Positions 1-10,733 of a DNA stretch of 64,000 bases are shown here, in pieces. Within the stretch, counting starts at the first letter, position 1. Each line of letters begins with the position of its first letter. The position numbers and the translations under genes were made by a program. Source of the stretch: an uncultured Chloroflexia bacterium (GTDB taxonomy: Bacteria > Chloroflexota > Anaerolineae > CG2-30-64-16); assembly GCA_963810095.1 (NCBI GenBank), contig CAWEMM010000006.1, positions 1,216,001 through 1,280,000 of the forward strand, given 5' to 3'. Under the pieces are notes generated by a model, which was not told where the DNA came from, did no database searches, and saw only the letters and a program-made list of their open reading frames with translations.

Positions 1-90
1 GCCGAATACTACCCCAACTCCCACGACGTGCTGCCCGGCGCGGCACAGGTGCAAGCCCTGCTTGCCAGGACCAGAAGGAGCGAGCCATGA
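1..90 (+). CDS. 3' end of an upstream gene, truncated by the window edge
   Basis: Frame 1 is open (AEYYPNSHDVLPG...RRSEP*); its TGA overlaps the next ATG (ATGA coupling). Confidence 0.55.
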   Translation, partial: AEYYPNSHDVLPGAAQVQALLARTRRSEP

Positions 91-725
91 CGTCGACGTT
101 TGCCGAACTGCAGGAAGCAGTGATTGACGGGCAGAACAAGCTGACCGTCAAGCTGGTTGAACAGGCACTGGCCGAGGGCCAGCCCGCCGGCGACATTCTC
201 AACAAGGGCTTGACGCCGGCCATGGAAGAAGTGGGCCGGCAATTCGAGCTCCGGGAGGTCTTCATCCCCGAGATGATGCTGGCCGCTCGGGCAATGCGGG
301 AGGGCGTGGATGCGCTGAAGCCCTACCTCAAGCAGGGCGACGTGAAGCGGGTCGGCAAGGCGGTCATCGCCACGGTAGAGGGCGACCTGCACGACATCGG
401 CAAGAACCTCGTCATCGTCATGGTCGAGGGCGCGGGCTTCGAGATTGTCGACCTCGGCGTCGACATCCCGGCCGCGGCCATCGTCGAGGCGCTGCGCCGG
501 GAAAAGCCGGACGTGCTGATGCTCAGCGCGCTGATCACGAGCACGCTCAACTACATGCGGACGACGATCCAAACCATCGAGGAAGCCGGCCTGCGCAGCC
601 AGGTCAAGATCCTGGTCGGCGGCGCGCCGGTCACCGAGTCGTTTGCGAAGCAGATCGGGGCAGATGGCTATGCGACCGACGCTGCGGGCGCGGCCCGGGT
701 GGCGCTCCAGGTCATCGGGCAGTAA
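87..725 (+). CDS. Corrinoid (cobalamin-binding) protein, MtaC/MttC/MtbC-like
   Basis: N-terminal cap domain (VFIPEMMLAA) plus B12 motif GDLHDIGKNLV...SAL...VGGA; AAGGAG RBS. Confidence 0.93.
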   Translation: MTSTFAELQEAVIDGQNKLTVKLVEQALAEGQPAGDILNKGLTPAMEEVGRQFELREVFIPEMMLAARAMREGVDALKPYLKQGDVKRVGKAVIATVEGDLHDIGKNLVIVMVEGAGFEIVDLGVDIPAAAIVEALRREKPDVLMLSALITSTLNYMRTTIQTIEEAGLRSQVKILVGGAPVTESFAKQIGADGYATDAAGAARVALQVIGQ

Positions 726-738
726 GGGGAGGTGGACC

Positions 739-1891
739 ATGCTGAGTGAAATGACCCCGCGAGCGGATCGAAGCCGTCTTCAACCACCGGGAACCGGACC
801 GGGTGGCCCTCTACGACATCGTCCACAACATCCCGATCCTGGAACACTTTGCGGGCGAGAAGATCACCGCCGCGAACGCGTTCGACACGTCGCTGCGCGG
901 CATCGGCTGCGCGCTCGACCTGACCCGCTGCATCGCGATCCCCGGCTCGGGCGAACGTGTGCACAGCGCTTCCCAGGGGTTCGAGTACTCGTTCGAGTGG
1001 TGGACGTTCACGATCACGAAGCGGCCGTACCGGGACGCCGCGCACCTTGCCGAGTGCGTGCGCCGCGAAATCGACGGCATTTACGATGCGATGGCCCACG
1101 GGAGGCTGACGGCAGACGCCGCGCTGATCGCGCAGCTCACCGCGTCCGACGCCCAATCGCCCGAGGAGGTGCACGACATCTATGCGAAGATGTGCCGCGC
1201 ACTTCAGCCGTGCGTGCTCATCCACCCCGAGAGCATCGTCGGGCTGACCACGGCCTACGTGCGCGCAGGGTGGGAGCTTTTCATCTACCTGATGGGCGAC
1301 GATCCCGAGCTGGTGGACCGCTGGCTGACCTGCCTGGCCGACTACGAGGTGTGGCGCATCCACAAGATCGCCGACCGCGAGCTGAGCCCGGTGGCCCTGG
1401 TGGCCGACGACCTGGCGGGCAAGGGCGGCCTCTTCTTCTCGCCCAAGTGGCTGCGCAAGCACTGGCTGCCCCACACCCAGCGCTGCATCGACGCGTGGCA
1501 CGAGCACGGCATCAAAGTCGTGTTCCACTCGGACGGCGACAAGATGCTCCTCCTCGACGACCTGGTACAGGCCGGCATCGACGGGATCAACCCCATCGAG
1601 CCAACGTGCAACATGACGGTCGGCGGGGTGAAGAAGCTCTATCCCGACCTGGTGGTGACCAGCATGATCGACTGCGATCAGCTGCTGCCTTTCGGCGAGC
1701 CCGATGAAGTCGAAGCGGCGTGCAAGCAGGCCATCGACGACGGCGCGGCCGGCGGGTCGTTCCTGCTCGGCTCGAGCTCCGAGCTGCACCCCGACGCCAA
1801 GCTTGAAAACTTCCTCAAGATGCGCGAAGTGGCGCTGACGTACGGCCAATACAGCAACAAGGCCAACTGGGGCGCACCGTCCTGGCAGTAG
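739..1891 (+). CDS. URO-D/MtaA-family protein (putative corrinoid-linked methyltransferase); indel near 760
   Basis: MTP(R)ERI..FNHREPDRV start, ADDLAGKGGLFFSP, FHSDG, GIDGINPIEP, GSSSELH. Confidence 0.82.
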
Positions 1892-1916
1892 TTCGCACCA
1901 GCAAAGAGAGGTAAAC

Positions 1917-3155
1917 ATGCAGACCTGGGAAAAACAATACACCATCCTGGCGGAGGACCTCGCCGGCCGCGGGGTCGACGTGGAGGCTGTCAAGGCGGCC
2001 ATCAAGAACCTGGTCATCGAGATGCCTTCCTGGGCGGTCGGCAACTCGGGCACGCGCTACGGCGTGTTTCGCCAGCCCGGCGCCGCACGGACCATCTGGG
2101 AGAAGGTGGACGACTGCGCAGAAATCCAGCGCGTACTGGGCGTCTGCCCCGTCATGGCGAGCCACGTCAACTGGGACAAGACCGACGACGGCCGCTACGA
2201 GCCGGTCCGCGACTATGCGGCGCAGCGCGGGCTGCGCATCGGCACGGTGCACCCGAACACCTTCCTCGGCCAGGAGTACAAATTCGGCAGCGTCTGCAAC
2301 CCGTTCGCCGAAGTGCGCCAACAGACCATCGACCACTTTATCGACTGCGTCCGCATCACCCGCGAGTTCGGCTCCAAGTCTGTCGGTATCTGGCTGGCCG
2401 ACGGCACCAGCTACCCCGGGCAAGACCACCTGCGCAGCCGGAAACACCGGCTCTACGACGGGCTCAAGGCGCTGTACGACGCGCTCGACCCCGACATGAC
2501 CCTCTTCATCGAGTACAAATTCTTCGAGCCGTTCTTCTACACGACGGACCTCCAGGACTGGGGCATGTCGTTCACCATGTGCCAGCGCCTCGGCCCGCGC
2601 GCCAAGGTCCTGGTCGACCTGGGCCACCACGCGTCGGGCGTCAACGTCGAGCATATCGTCTCGATCCTGCTCGACGAGAACAAGCTGGGCGGCTTCCACC
2701 TTAACAACCGCAAGTACGCGGACGACGACCTGATGGCCGGCACGGTCAACCCGCTCGAGCTGTTCCTGATCTTCGACCAGATTGTCGATGCTACGCTCGA
2801 CCCCCACACGGCAGACACGGCCAAGGGCATCACTTACATGCTCGACCAGTCCCATAATATCGAGGGCAGCCTGGAAGGCATTATCCAGTCGGTGATGAAC
2901 ACCCAGACGGCGCACGCCAAGGCCCTGCTGGTCGACCGGGCCGCGCTGCGCGAGGCGCAGGAAGCGGGCGACGTGATCCTCGCGAACCGCACGCTGATGG
3001 CCGCGTATGACACTGACGTCCAGCCCTTGCTCAAGCAGGCCCGCGTCGAGATGGGCCGGCAGCCCGACCCGATCGTCGACTTCCGCGCCTGCGGTTACCT
3101 GCAGCACATTGCCGCCACCCGCACGGGCGCAGGGCTTGGCGCGCTGGGCGGATGA
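1917..3155 (+). CDS. rhaI: L-rhamnose isomerase (RhaI type)
   Basis: IEMPSWAVGNSGTRYG, WLADGTSYPGQ, EYKFFEP, VDLGHH, KYADDDL, MLDQSHN. Confidence 0.88.
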   Translation: MQTWEKQYTILAEDLAGRGVDVEAVKAAIKNLVIEMPSWAVGNSGTRYGVFRQPGAARTIWEKVDDCAEIQRVLGVCPVMASHVNWDKTDDGRYEPVRDYAAQRGLRIGTVHPNTFLGQEYKFGSVCNPFAEVRQQTIDHFIDCVRITREFGSKSVGIWLADGTSYPGQDHLRSRKHRLYDGLKALYDALDPDMTLFIEYKFFEPFFYTTDLQDWGMSFTMCQRLGPRAKVLVDLGHHASGVNVEHIVSILLDENKLGGFHLNNRKYADDDLMAGTVNPLELFLIFDQIVDATLDPHTADTAKGITYMLDQSHNIEGSLEGIIQSVMNTQTAHAKALLVDRAALREAQEAGDVILANRTLMAAYDTDVQPLLKQARVEMGRQPDPIVDFRACGYLQHIAATRTGAGLGALGG

Positions 3156-3165
3156 GGAGGCGGGG

Positions 3166-3489
3166 ATGAAACGCGTCGGCATGACATGGCAGGTCCGCCC
3201 CGAGCACTGGGAGGAATACAAAGCCATCCATCTGAACCCCTGGCCCGAGCTCCTCACCGCCATCCAGGAGCACGGCATCCACAATTACAGCATCTTTGCC
3301 GTCGGCACCCGCGTCTTCGCGTACATGGAGGTCGACGGTGACGATGTCTATGCCGCACTCGGAGCCCTGGCGCAAACCGAGGTCAAGCAGCGCTGGGACG
3401 CCGAGGTAACGCTGTGGGTGGCGCCCGAAGCCGAGGCCGGGAGCGGCATCCAGTTCCTCGAGCTGGAGCGGATCTTCTATTGCCCCTGA
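3166..3489 (+). CDS. rhaM: L-rhamnose mutarotase
   Basis: EEYKAIH..WPEL...GIHNYSIF pattern; GAGGAGG RBS. Confidence 0.85.
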   Translation: MKRVGMTWQVRPEHWEEYKAIHLNPWPELLTAIQEHGIHNYSIFAVGTRVFAYMEVDGDDVYAALGALAQTEVKQRWDAEVTLWVAPEAEAGSGIQFLELERIFYCP

Positions 3490-3496
3490 GGATCAA

Positions 3497-4579
3497 ATGA
3501 ACGCTACCACCCCACCCGCCGCCCGGGCGGCCGAGATGACTTCGCTCGAACGAGTGCAGGCCGTGCTGCGCCGCGAAGAGCCCGACCGCGTCCCTCACTT
3601 CGAGTGGGTGCACGATGCGGGCGTGACCGCAGCACTGACCGGCGGCGGCGCCTATTGGGACCTGGTCGACCGGCTCGACATCGACGGCGTGATGGTGGCG
3701 CCCGCCTACCGCAAGCAGCCGGCCGCCCCGGGCGCGCCCGCGGGCGCCCTGCTCGACGAATGGGGCGTGACCCGCATCGTCGCGCCCGACGGCTATGCGA
3801 TGGTCGTCGAGGACCACACCCCCATTCGCGACGAAGCGACGTTCGCAGCGTGGCAGCCGCCCGATCCTGACGACCCGTATCGTTATGAACCGCTCCGCCG
3901 CACCGTGGCTCGCTTCGGCGGCCGGCGCGCCATCATCCTCCAGATGCGCGACGTGTTCTCGGGCGTACGCGACTGCATGGGCTACGAGCGCGCGCTCGTG
4001 AACATGATCGAAAACCCCGCGTTGGTGACCGCGGTCGTGGAGCAGTGCGTCGACCACTACATCCGGGTGATCCGGCACGCCGCGCCCCTGGGCGTCACGA
4101 TCGTCTTCACGGGCGACGACATCGCGAACGCCCGCGGCCCGCTCTTCTCGCCGCGGCTCTGGCAGAAACTGCTCCTGCCCCACTACCGGCGGTTGGTCGC
4201 CGCCATCCATGACGCCGGCCTGTACCACTGGAAGCACTCGGACGGCAACCTCTACCCGTTCCTCGACAGCATCGTCGACGCAGGCACCGACGGCATCGAT
4301 CCGATCGATCCGATGGGGGGGATGGACCTGGCCACGGTCAAGCAGCGCTACGGGAGCCGGGTCGCGATCAAGGGCAATGTCGACCAGGTCGAGCTGCTCA
4401 CCGGTGGCACGCCCGAGGCCGTCGCCGCAAGCGTGCAGTCGTGCATCGCCGCGGCCGGCAGGGGCGGCGGCTACGTCTGTTCGTCCAGCAATTCGATCCA
4501 CTCGGGCGTGCGCCCCGATCTGTACCGCGCGATGGTCGAAGCCATCCACACCTACGGTCGCTATCCGTTGAGCTGGTAA
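3497..4579 (+). CDS. URO-D/MtaA-family protein
   Basis: MTSLERV...EPDRVP, DEWGV, GDDIA..GPLFSP, KHSDGN, IKGNVD, SSSNSIH. Confidence 0.87.
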   Translation: MNATTPPAARAAEMTSLERVQAVLRREEPDRVPHFEWVHDAGVTAALTGGGAYWDLVDRLDIDGVMVAPAYRKQPAAPGAPAGALLDEWGVTRIVAPDGYAMVVEDHTPIRDEATFAAWQPPDPDDPYRYEPLRRTVARFGGRRAIILQMRDVFSGVRDCMGYERALVNMIENPALVTAVVEQCVDHYIRVIRHAAPLGVTIVFTGDDIANARGPLFSPRLWQKLLLPHYRRLVAAIHDAGLYHWKHSDGNLYPFLDSIVDAGTDGIDPIDPMGGMDLATVKQRYGSRVAIKGNVDQVELLTGGTPEAVAASVQSCIAAAGRGGGYVCSSSNSIHSGVRPDLYRAMVEAIHTYGRYPLSW

Positions 4580-4588
4580 GGGGGAAAT

Positions 4589-6061
4589 ATGCCCAAGTAC
4601 GTCGCCATCGACCTGGGCGCCGAGAGCGGCCGGATCATCGTCGTCACGATGGATGCGGCCGCGGGCTGCGTGGCGCTCGACGAGGTGCATCGCTTTCCCA
4701 ATGGTCCGGTCCAGGTGGGCGGGAGCCTGCACTGGGACGTCTTGCGGCTGTGGAGCGAGATCAAGCTGGGTCTGCGCAAGGCGGCCGCGGCGCATCCCGG
4801 CGAGCTGCGTTCCGTCGCCGTCGACACCTGGGGCATCGACTACGCGCTCCTCGACCGCCGCGGCGCGCTGCTCGGCAACCCCTACGCCTACCGGGACCCT
4901 CGAACGAACGCGGTCTTCGCGCCCGCGGTGGAGAAGGCCGGGCGCTGGGACATCTACCGCCAGAGCGGCGGCGTCCAGTTCATGTCGATCAACACGCTCT
5001 ACCAGCTCTATGCGGCGGCCCTGCAGGGCGACCCGGCCCTGCAGGCTGCCGACACCTTCCTCATGCTGCCCGACCTCTTCGGCTACTGGCTGACCGGCGA
5101 GCGGGCGTGCGAATTCACCGATGCGACGACCACGCAGTTTTATGACGGCGCGGCCCGCCGCTGGGCGACCGGGCTGCTCGACTGCCTCGGGATCCCGACC
5201 GCCATGCTGCCGCCCGTCATCCTGCCCGGCACGCAGCTGGGCGTGCTGCGCGCGGACGTGGCCGAGGAGACCGGGCTGGACCGGCTGCCGGTCATCGCCG
5301 TTGCGGGCCACGACACGGCCTCCGCGGTGGTTGCCGTGCCGGCCGACAGCGGCCACTTCGCCTGGCTGAGCTCGGGCACATGGTCGCTGCTGGGCGGCGT
5401 ATCTGACGAGCCCATCGTGACCGAGCAGGCGCTGGCCTACAACTTCAGCAGCTACGGGGGCGCCGCAGGCCAGTTCCTGCCGTGGAAGAACATCATGGGC
5501 TTGTGGTTGGTCCAGGAGTGCCGGCGGGCGTGGAGCCGCGAGGGGCGCGAACTCTCCTACGACGAGCTGACCGAACTGGCTGCGGCCGCGCCGCCGTTTG
5601 GCTACCGGCTCGACCCGGACGACCCCGCGTTCCTTGCGCCGCCAAACATGCCCGAGGCCATTGCGGCCTACTGCCGGCGCACGGCCCAACGCCCGCCCGT
5701 GGGCCCCGGCGAAACCGTACGCGGGGTGCTCGAGAGCCTGGCCGTGTGCTACCGGCGCACGCTCGAGTGGTTATCTGAGCTGCAGGGGCGGCGGTTCGAC
5801 GCGCTCTACGCCATCGGCGGCGGCACGAAGAACAGCCTCCTGTGCCAGTTCACGGCCGACGCGTGCGGCGTGCCCCTGATTGCAGGCCCGGTGGAAGCCA
5901 CCGCCTTGGGCAACGCCGCGCTGCAGGGCGTGGCGCTGGGGGATTTCGGCTCGCTGGACGAGGCCCGCGGGGTGATTCGCCGCTGCGCCGAAGTGGTCGT
6001 CTATGAACCTGGTGCGGGCGGCGGCTGGGACGAGGCGTACGCGCGGTTCGCCGCTCGTTAG
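4589..6061 (+). CDS. rhaB: Rhamnulokinase (FGGY family)
   Basis: AIDLGAESGR, VDTWGIDY, GHDTASAV, SSGTWSL, KNIMGLW, GPVEATALGN. Confidence 0.92.
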   Translation: MPKYVAIDLGAESGRIIVVTMDAAAGCVALDEVHRFPNGPVQVGGSLHWDVLRLWSEIKLGLRKAAAAHPGELRSVAVDTWGIDYALLDRRGALLGNPYAYRDPRTNAVFAPAVEKAGRWDIYRQSGGVQFMSINTLYQLYAAALQGDPALQAADTFLMLPDLFGYWLTGERACEFTDATTTQFYDGAARRWATGLLDCLGIPTAMLPPVILPGTQLGVLRADVAEETGLDRLPVIAVAGHDTASAVVAVPADSGHFAWLSSGTWSLLGGVSDEPIVTEQALAYNFSSYGGAAGQFLPWKNIMGLWLVQECRRAWSREGRELSYDELTELAAAAPPFGYRLDPDDPAFLAPPNMPEAIAAYCRRTAQRPPVGPGETVRGVLESLAVCYRRTLEWLSELQGRRFDALYAIGGGTKNSLLCQFTADACGVPLIAGPVEATALGNAALQGVALGDFGSLDEARGVIRRCAEVVVYEPGAGGGWDEAYARFAAR

Positions 6062-6104
6062 CAGCAGAGCGGCACTCGCAGGGGAGCAGGGCGGCTCAAA
6101 CGCA

Positions 6105-6159
6105 AGATTTCGAAAATCTCCAAAAATCTATTGACAGATTTCGAAATCTGCAGTAGGGT
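6105..6159 (+). promoter_or_regulatory. Sigma70 promoter with palindromic operators
   Basis: TTGACA (6131)-17 bp-TAGGGT (6154); perfect palindrome CAGATTTCGAAATCTG at 6135-6150; near-copy AGATTTCGAAAATCT at 6105-6119. Confidence 0.8.
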
Positions 6160-6206
6160 GTAAGCGTCAACTTTCACTAATCCACTTGCTCAATCCGCGG
6201 GACCCT

Positions 6207-7912
6207 ATGACCAGCTTCCAGCGACGCCAGCGCCTGTTAAGCCTCCTGCGCGAGCAACCGGGAATCCGCGTTCCCGAGCTCGCCCGGCTCCTTGGCGTCT
6301 CGGAAGCAACCGTCCGCAACGATCTGAATACGCTGGCCGGCGCCGGGCAGATCACCCGGGTGCGCGGGGGCGCGGTGCCGGGCGACGCCAACAGTGTCCC
6401 GGTGCCTGACTACTCGGTGCGGGCTGCGGTCAACGAGTCCGCCAAGCTGCGCATGGCGCGGCTGGGCGGCCGACCTGGTGGAAGATGGGGACGCCATCCT
6501 GCTCGACGCCAGCTCGACTGTCTATCACATGGCCCAGTTCCTCGAAACCCGCCGCCGCCTGACCATCATCACCAACGGCGTCGAGGTCGGCCGTAAGCTG
6601 GCAGCCAACGGCGACCACAAGGTGATCCTGCTGGGCGGCGCGATGCGCCAGGACGGCGCTTCCGTGACCGGCCTGCTGAGCGGCTCGCTGCTGCGCACGC
6701 TCCGCATCAAGCTGGCGTTCCTCTCCTGCGCGGGCTTCGCACTCGACGCCGGCCTCACCGAGGTCGACATCGAAGAGGCGCAGCTCAAGAGCCAGATGAT
6801 CGCCTCCGCAGGCTCGGTCGTCGCGCTGATTGATTCGAGCAAGTTCGGGCGCCTCGCGCTCATGCCGTTTGCCCGCCTCGACCAGGTGTCGCACATCTTC
6901 ACGGACAATGATATCGACGCGGGCTGGGTCGAGCAGCTGCGCCAGGCCGGCGCCACCCTCACCGTCTGCGCCACCAACACGATCTCCACCTTCCCGCCGG
7001 GCGCGCAGGAACAAGAGCACTACCGCATCGGGTTTGCCAACCTGAGCGAGCAGATTCCCTTCGCCGTCGACGTGCGCCGCAGCCTGGAACGGGCGGCCCA
7101 GGATGCCGGAACGGTGGACCTGGTGGTGGCCGACAACCGGCTGGACGGCGAACACGCGATCACGGTCGCCGACCGCCTGCTCGCCCAGGGGCTGGACCTC
7201 CTGATCGAATACCAGGTCGATGCCCAGGCGGGCGAAGTCATCATGAGCCGGTGCCGGGCGGCGGGCGTCCCGGCCGTGGCAGTCGACATCCCGATGTTGG
7301 GCGCCACCTTCTTCGGCGTCGACAACTACCGGGCGGGTTACATGGCCGGCGAGGCGCTGGGCAAGTGGGTCTGCGCCCATTGGGGCGGCGAGCTCGACCG
7401 GCTCTTTGTGCTGGAAGAGCCCCGCACGGGCCAATTTGCAGCCACCCGCATGCGCGGCCAGTTGGAAGGCCTGCAAAACGCGGTCGGGCCGCTGCCCGAA
7501 GAGAAGATCGTGCACGTCGATTGCGGCAACACGGCGGAGACCACTGCAGCCCGGCTGCGGCCCCTGCTGCAAGACCCCACCGTAGCCGGCCTGCACCGGC
7601 TCGCCGCCGTTTCGATCAACGACGACGCTGCGATCGGCGCGATTGCTGCCGCGGCGCGCATTGCGGCGGGCAGCGGACCTCATCGTGGTGGGCCAGGGGG
7701 CCGACCGCCGGGCGCGCGAGGAGCTGCTGCGCCCCGACTCCCGGCTCGTCGGCTCCACTTCCTACATGCCCGAGCGCTACGGCGAGAAACTCATCCCGCT
7801 GGCGCTCAACATCCTGCGGCGCGCGCCCGTGCCGCCGGCGGTTTATGTGGAGCACCACTTCATTACTGCCGAAAACCTGGTCGACTTCTACCCGTCGCGC
7901 CTGCCGGAGTAA
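6207..7912 (+). CDS. DeoR-family regulator fused to an RbsB/LacI-type sugar-binding domain; indels near 6460 and 7660
   Basis: HTH (VSEATVRNDL...RVRGGA), DeoR sensor (ILLDASST, IITN, IDSSKFG), then in frame RIGFANLSE...VDIP...FGVDNY. Confidence 0.82.
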
Positions 7913-7968
7913 TCCGGACGCCGGAAGGCCCTTGCCCGTGTCCGGGCCGAACTGAGCTCGAGGAGACC

Positions 7969-9141
7969 ATGGCCAACCATTGCGAAACGATGACGTCCCG
8001 CGAACGGGTGCACATTGCCCTCAACCACGGCGAGCCGGACCGCGTCCCCATAGACCTGGGCGGCTTTCAGACCGGCATCCACCGCGTGGCCTACGAGGAT
8101 CTGCTCGGGTACCTCGGCGTCGACGAAGCGTTCGAGCTGCGCGACCCCGTCCAACAGTTAGCCGTTCCCTCCGAGCGCATCCTCGAATTGCTCCATGCCG
8201 ACTTCCGCTACGTCACCGCGCACGGGCCGGCCAGCTTCACGGGCGCCATCGAGGAAAACACGCGGGGCGGCAAGCTGTGGTACGACCTGCGCGACGAATT
8301 CGGCGTGGTTTGGTCCATGCCGGCCGACCAGATGCTCTACATGGACATCACGCATCACCCGCTGGCCCACGCAACCCTCGCCGACCTCGAGCGCTATCCC
8401 TGGCCCGACGGTAAGGACCCGACACGGTTCACCGGCGTGCGCGAGAAAGCGCTCGCCCTGCGCCAGCGCACGCCCTATGCGCTCTCGAGTGGGATCAGCG
8501 GCGTCACCTACGAAACCTGTTGGTATTTGCGCGGGCTCGAACGGTGGTTCATGGACATGGTGGAGGACCCCACGTTCTGCGAGGCGCTGATCGATCGCAC
8601 CGCGCAGTACTGGGTCGACTGGATCCCCGGCTTCCTCGCCGAGGTGGGCGATCTCCTGGACGTGATCATGATCGGCGACGACCTCGCGGGGCAGAACGGG
8701 CCGCTTTTCTCGCCCAAGTTCTACCGCCGTGTCGTCCGCCCTCGCCAGCAGCGGGTGGTGGATGCGATCAAGGCACGCACCAACGCCAAAATCTGGTACC
8801 ACACCTGCGGCGACTGCTCGGTCTACATCCCCGACCTGATCGACATGGGGGTGGACATTCTCAACCCCGTGCAGATCAGCGCCCGGGGCATGGACCCGGC
8901 AACGCTCAAGCGCAAGTACGGCGACAACCTGGTGTTCTGGGGCGGCGGCATCGACGCACAGCACATCCTGCCGTTCGCAACCCCCGCCGAGGTGCGCGCC
9001 GAGGTCCGCCGCAATCTCGAAATCTTCCGGCCGGGCGGCGGTTACATCTTCAACAACGTGCACAACATCCAGGCCGGCGTGCCGCCTCAGAACGTAATGG
9101 CCCTGTACGAGGCCGCCTACGAGTTCGGCTTCTACGAATAA
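7969..9141 (+). CDS. URO-D/MtaA-family protein
   Basis: GAGGAG RBS; MTSRERV...EPDRVPIDLG, DEFGV, GDDLAGQNG, YHTCG, LNPVQ, FWGGGID, HNIQ. Confidence 0.88.
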   Translation: MANHCETMTSRERVHIALNHGEPDRVPIDLGGFQTGIHRVAYEDLLGYLGVDEAFELRDPVQQLAVPSERILELLHADFRYVTAHGPASFTGAIEENTRGGKLWYDLRDEFGVVWSMPADQMLYMDITHHPLAHATLADLERYPWPDGKDPTRFTGVREKALALRQRTPYALSSGISGVTYETCWYLRGLERWFMDMVEDPTFCEALIDRTAQYWVDWIPGFLAEVGDLLDVIMIGDDLAGQNGPLFSPKFYRRVVRPRQQRVVDAIKARTNAKIWYHTCGDCSVYIPDLIDMGVDILNPVQISARGMDPATLKRKYGDNLVFWGGGIDAQHILPFATPAEVRAEVRRNLEIFRPGGGYIFNNVHNIQAGVPPQNVMALYEAAYEFGFYE

Positions 9142-9205
9142 AGGCGGCCGCCCAGAACGGCGCGGCGACCTGCCGGCGGGCCGGCAGGAACATGAAGGAG
9201 GGCTG

Positions 9206-10733
9206 ATGACCGAGGAAATGGCCCCGCTGCTGAGCATGAAAGGCGTCAGCCGGCGGTTCCCAGGGGTGCTGGCGCTGGACCACGTCGATTTCGACCTGCG
9301 AGCGGGCGAAGTGCACGCACTGGTAGGCGAAAACGGCGCGGGCAAATCCACGCTGATCAATATCCTCGCGGGGGTGCACCCACCATCCGGCGGCGTGCTC
9401 GAGCTGGCCGGCAAGCCGACAGTGCTGCCCGACCCGGTCAGCGCGCAGCGGGCGGGTATCAACGTCATCTTCCAGGAATTCAACCTGCTGCCCCACCTCA
9501 GCGTCGCGGAGAACATCTTCCTCAACCGTGAGCCGACCCGCGGGCCGCGCATCGATTGGCCGGCCCTCCACCGGCGCACCGCCGAAGTGCTCAAGCAGCT
9601 CAAGATCGACTTGAACCCGCGTACAGTCGTGCGCGAGCTGCCCGTCGCGCAACAGCAGTTGGTCGAGATCGCCCGTGCGCTGGCCTTCGACGCGAAGGTC
9701 GTCGTGATGGACGAACCCACCGCGGCGTTGTCAGAGGTTGAGATCGGCCGGCTGATGGAGCTCGTCCGTTCGCTGGCCGGCCGCGGGGTGGGCGTGATCT
9801 ACGTGTCGCACAAGCTCTCCGAGGTGTTCACGGTGGCAGATCGGATCACCGTGCTGCGCGACGGCAAACGCATCCTCACTGCGCCGCGCAGCGAGCTCAC
9901 CGAGCGCCAGGTGGTCACCGCGATGGTGGGCCGCGAGTTGGCCTATACGAAGTGCCCGCCGCGCCGCCCGGGCGAGCTCGTGCTTTCGGTGCGCGACTCT
10001 TTCCTCGGGCCGGGCCGTTCAGGGCGTGTCGTTTGACCTGGCGGCCGGCGAGGTCGTCGGCCTGGCCGGCCTGATGGGCAGCGGCGGCCTCGAGTTGGTC
10101 GAAGCCCTGTTTGGCTTGCGGCCGATTACGGGCGGCGAGGTCCTGCTCGAGGGCAAGCCGCTGCTCGCGCGGGGCCCGCGCCAAGCCATCCGGGCGGGGT
10201 TGGCGTACGTGCCGGATGACCGGAAGGGCGCGGGCCTCTTGCCCGACCTCTCCGTCCAGCACAACATCAGCATCGGCGTCATCGAGCGACTGCGCCGGGG
10301 CCCGATCATCGACGTGCGGCGGGAGAGCGAGCTGATGACCGAGTACGGCGGGAAACTCTCGATCCGCTATGCGAGCCCGAAGCAGTTCGTCAGCGACCTG
10401 AGCGGCGGGAACCAGCAAAAAGTGATCCTGGCCCGTTCGCTCGCCGAGCAGTGCAAGGTGCTGCTGCTGGCCGAGCCCACCCGCGGCGTCGACGTGGGCG
10501 CGAAGCAGGAGATTTACGCACTCATCGACATGCTGCTCGAGCAGGGCATCGCAATCGTCCTGCAATCGTCAGAACTTCCCGAACTCATTCGGCTGGCCGA
10601 GCGCTGCCTCGTCTTCGCCGGCGGGCAGATGCGCGGCGAGCTGGCGGGCGCCGAGTTCACGCAGCCCAACGTCATGGCCCTCGCCACGGGACTCGATCCG
10701 TCCCACGTCGTGCAGGAAAGTGAGGTGGCATAG
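9206..10733 (+). CDS. Sugar ABC transporter ATP-binding protein (RbsA-like); indel near 10010
   Basis: GENGAGKST, MDEPT, LSGGNQQKV, EPTRGVDVGAK. Confidence 0.9.

Noticed and set aside
6394-9141. 915-aa regulator-URO-D fusion in the ORF track
   Set aside because: An indel near 7660 skips the regulator's stop at 7912; the URO-D gene has its own RBS and ATG at 7969.
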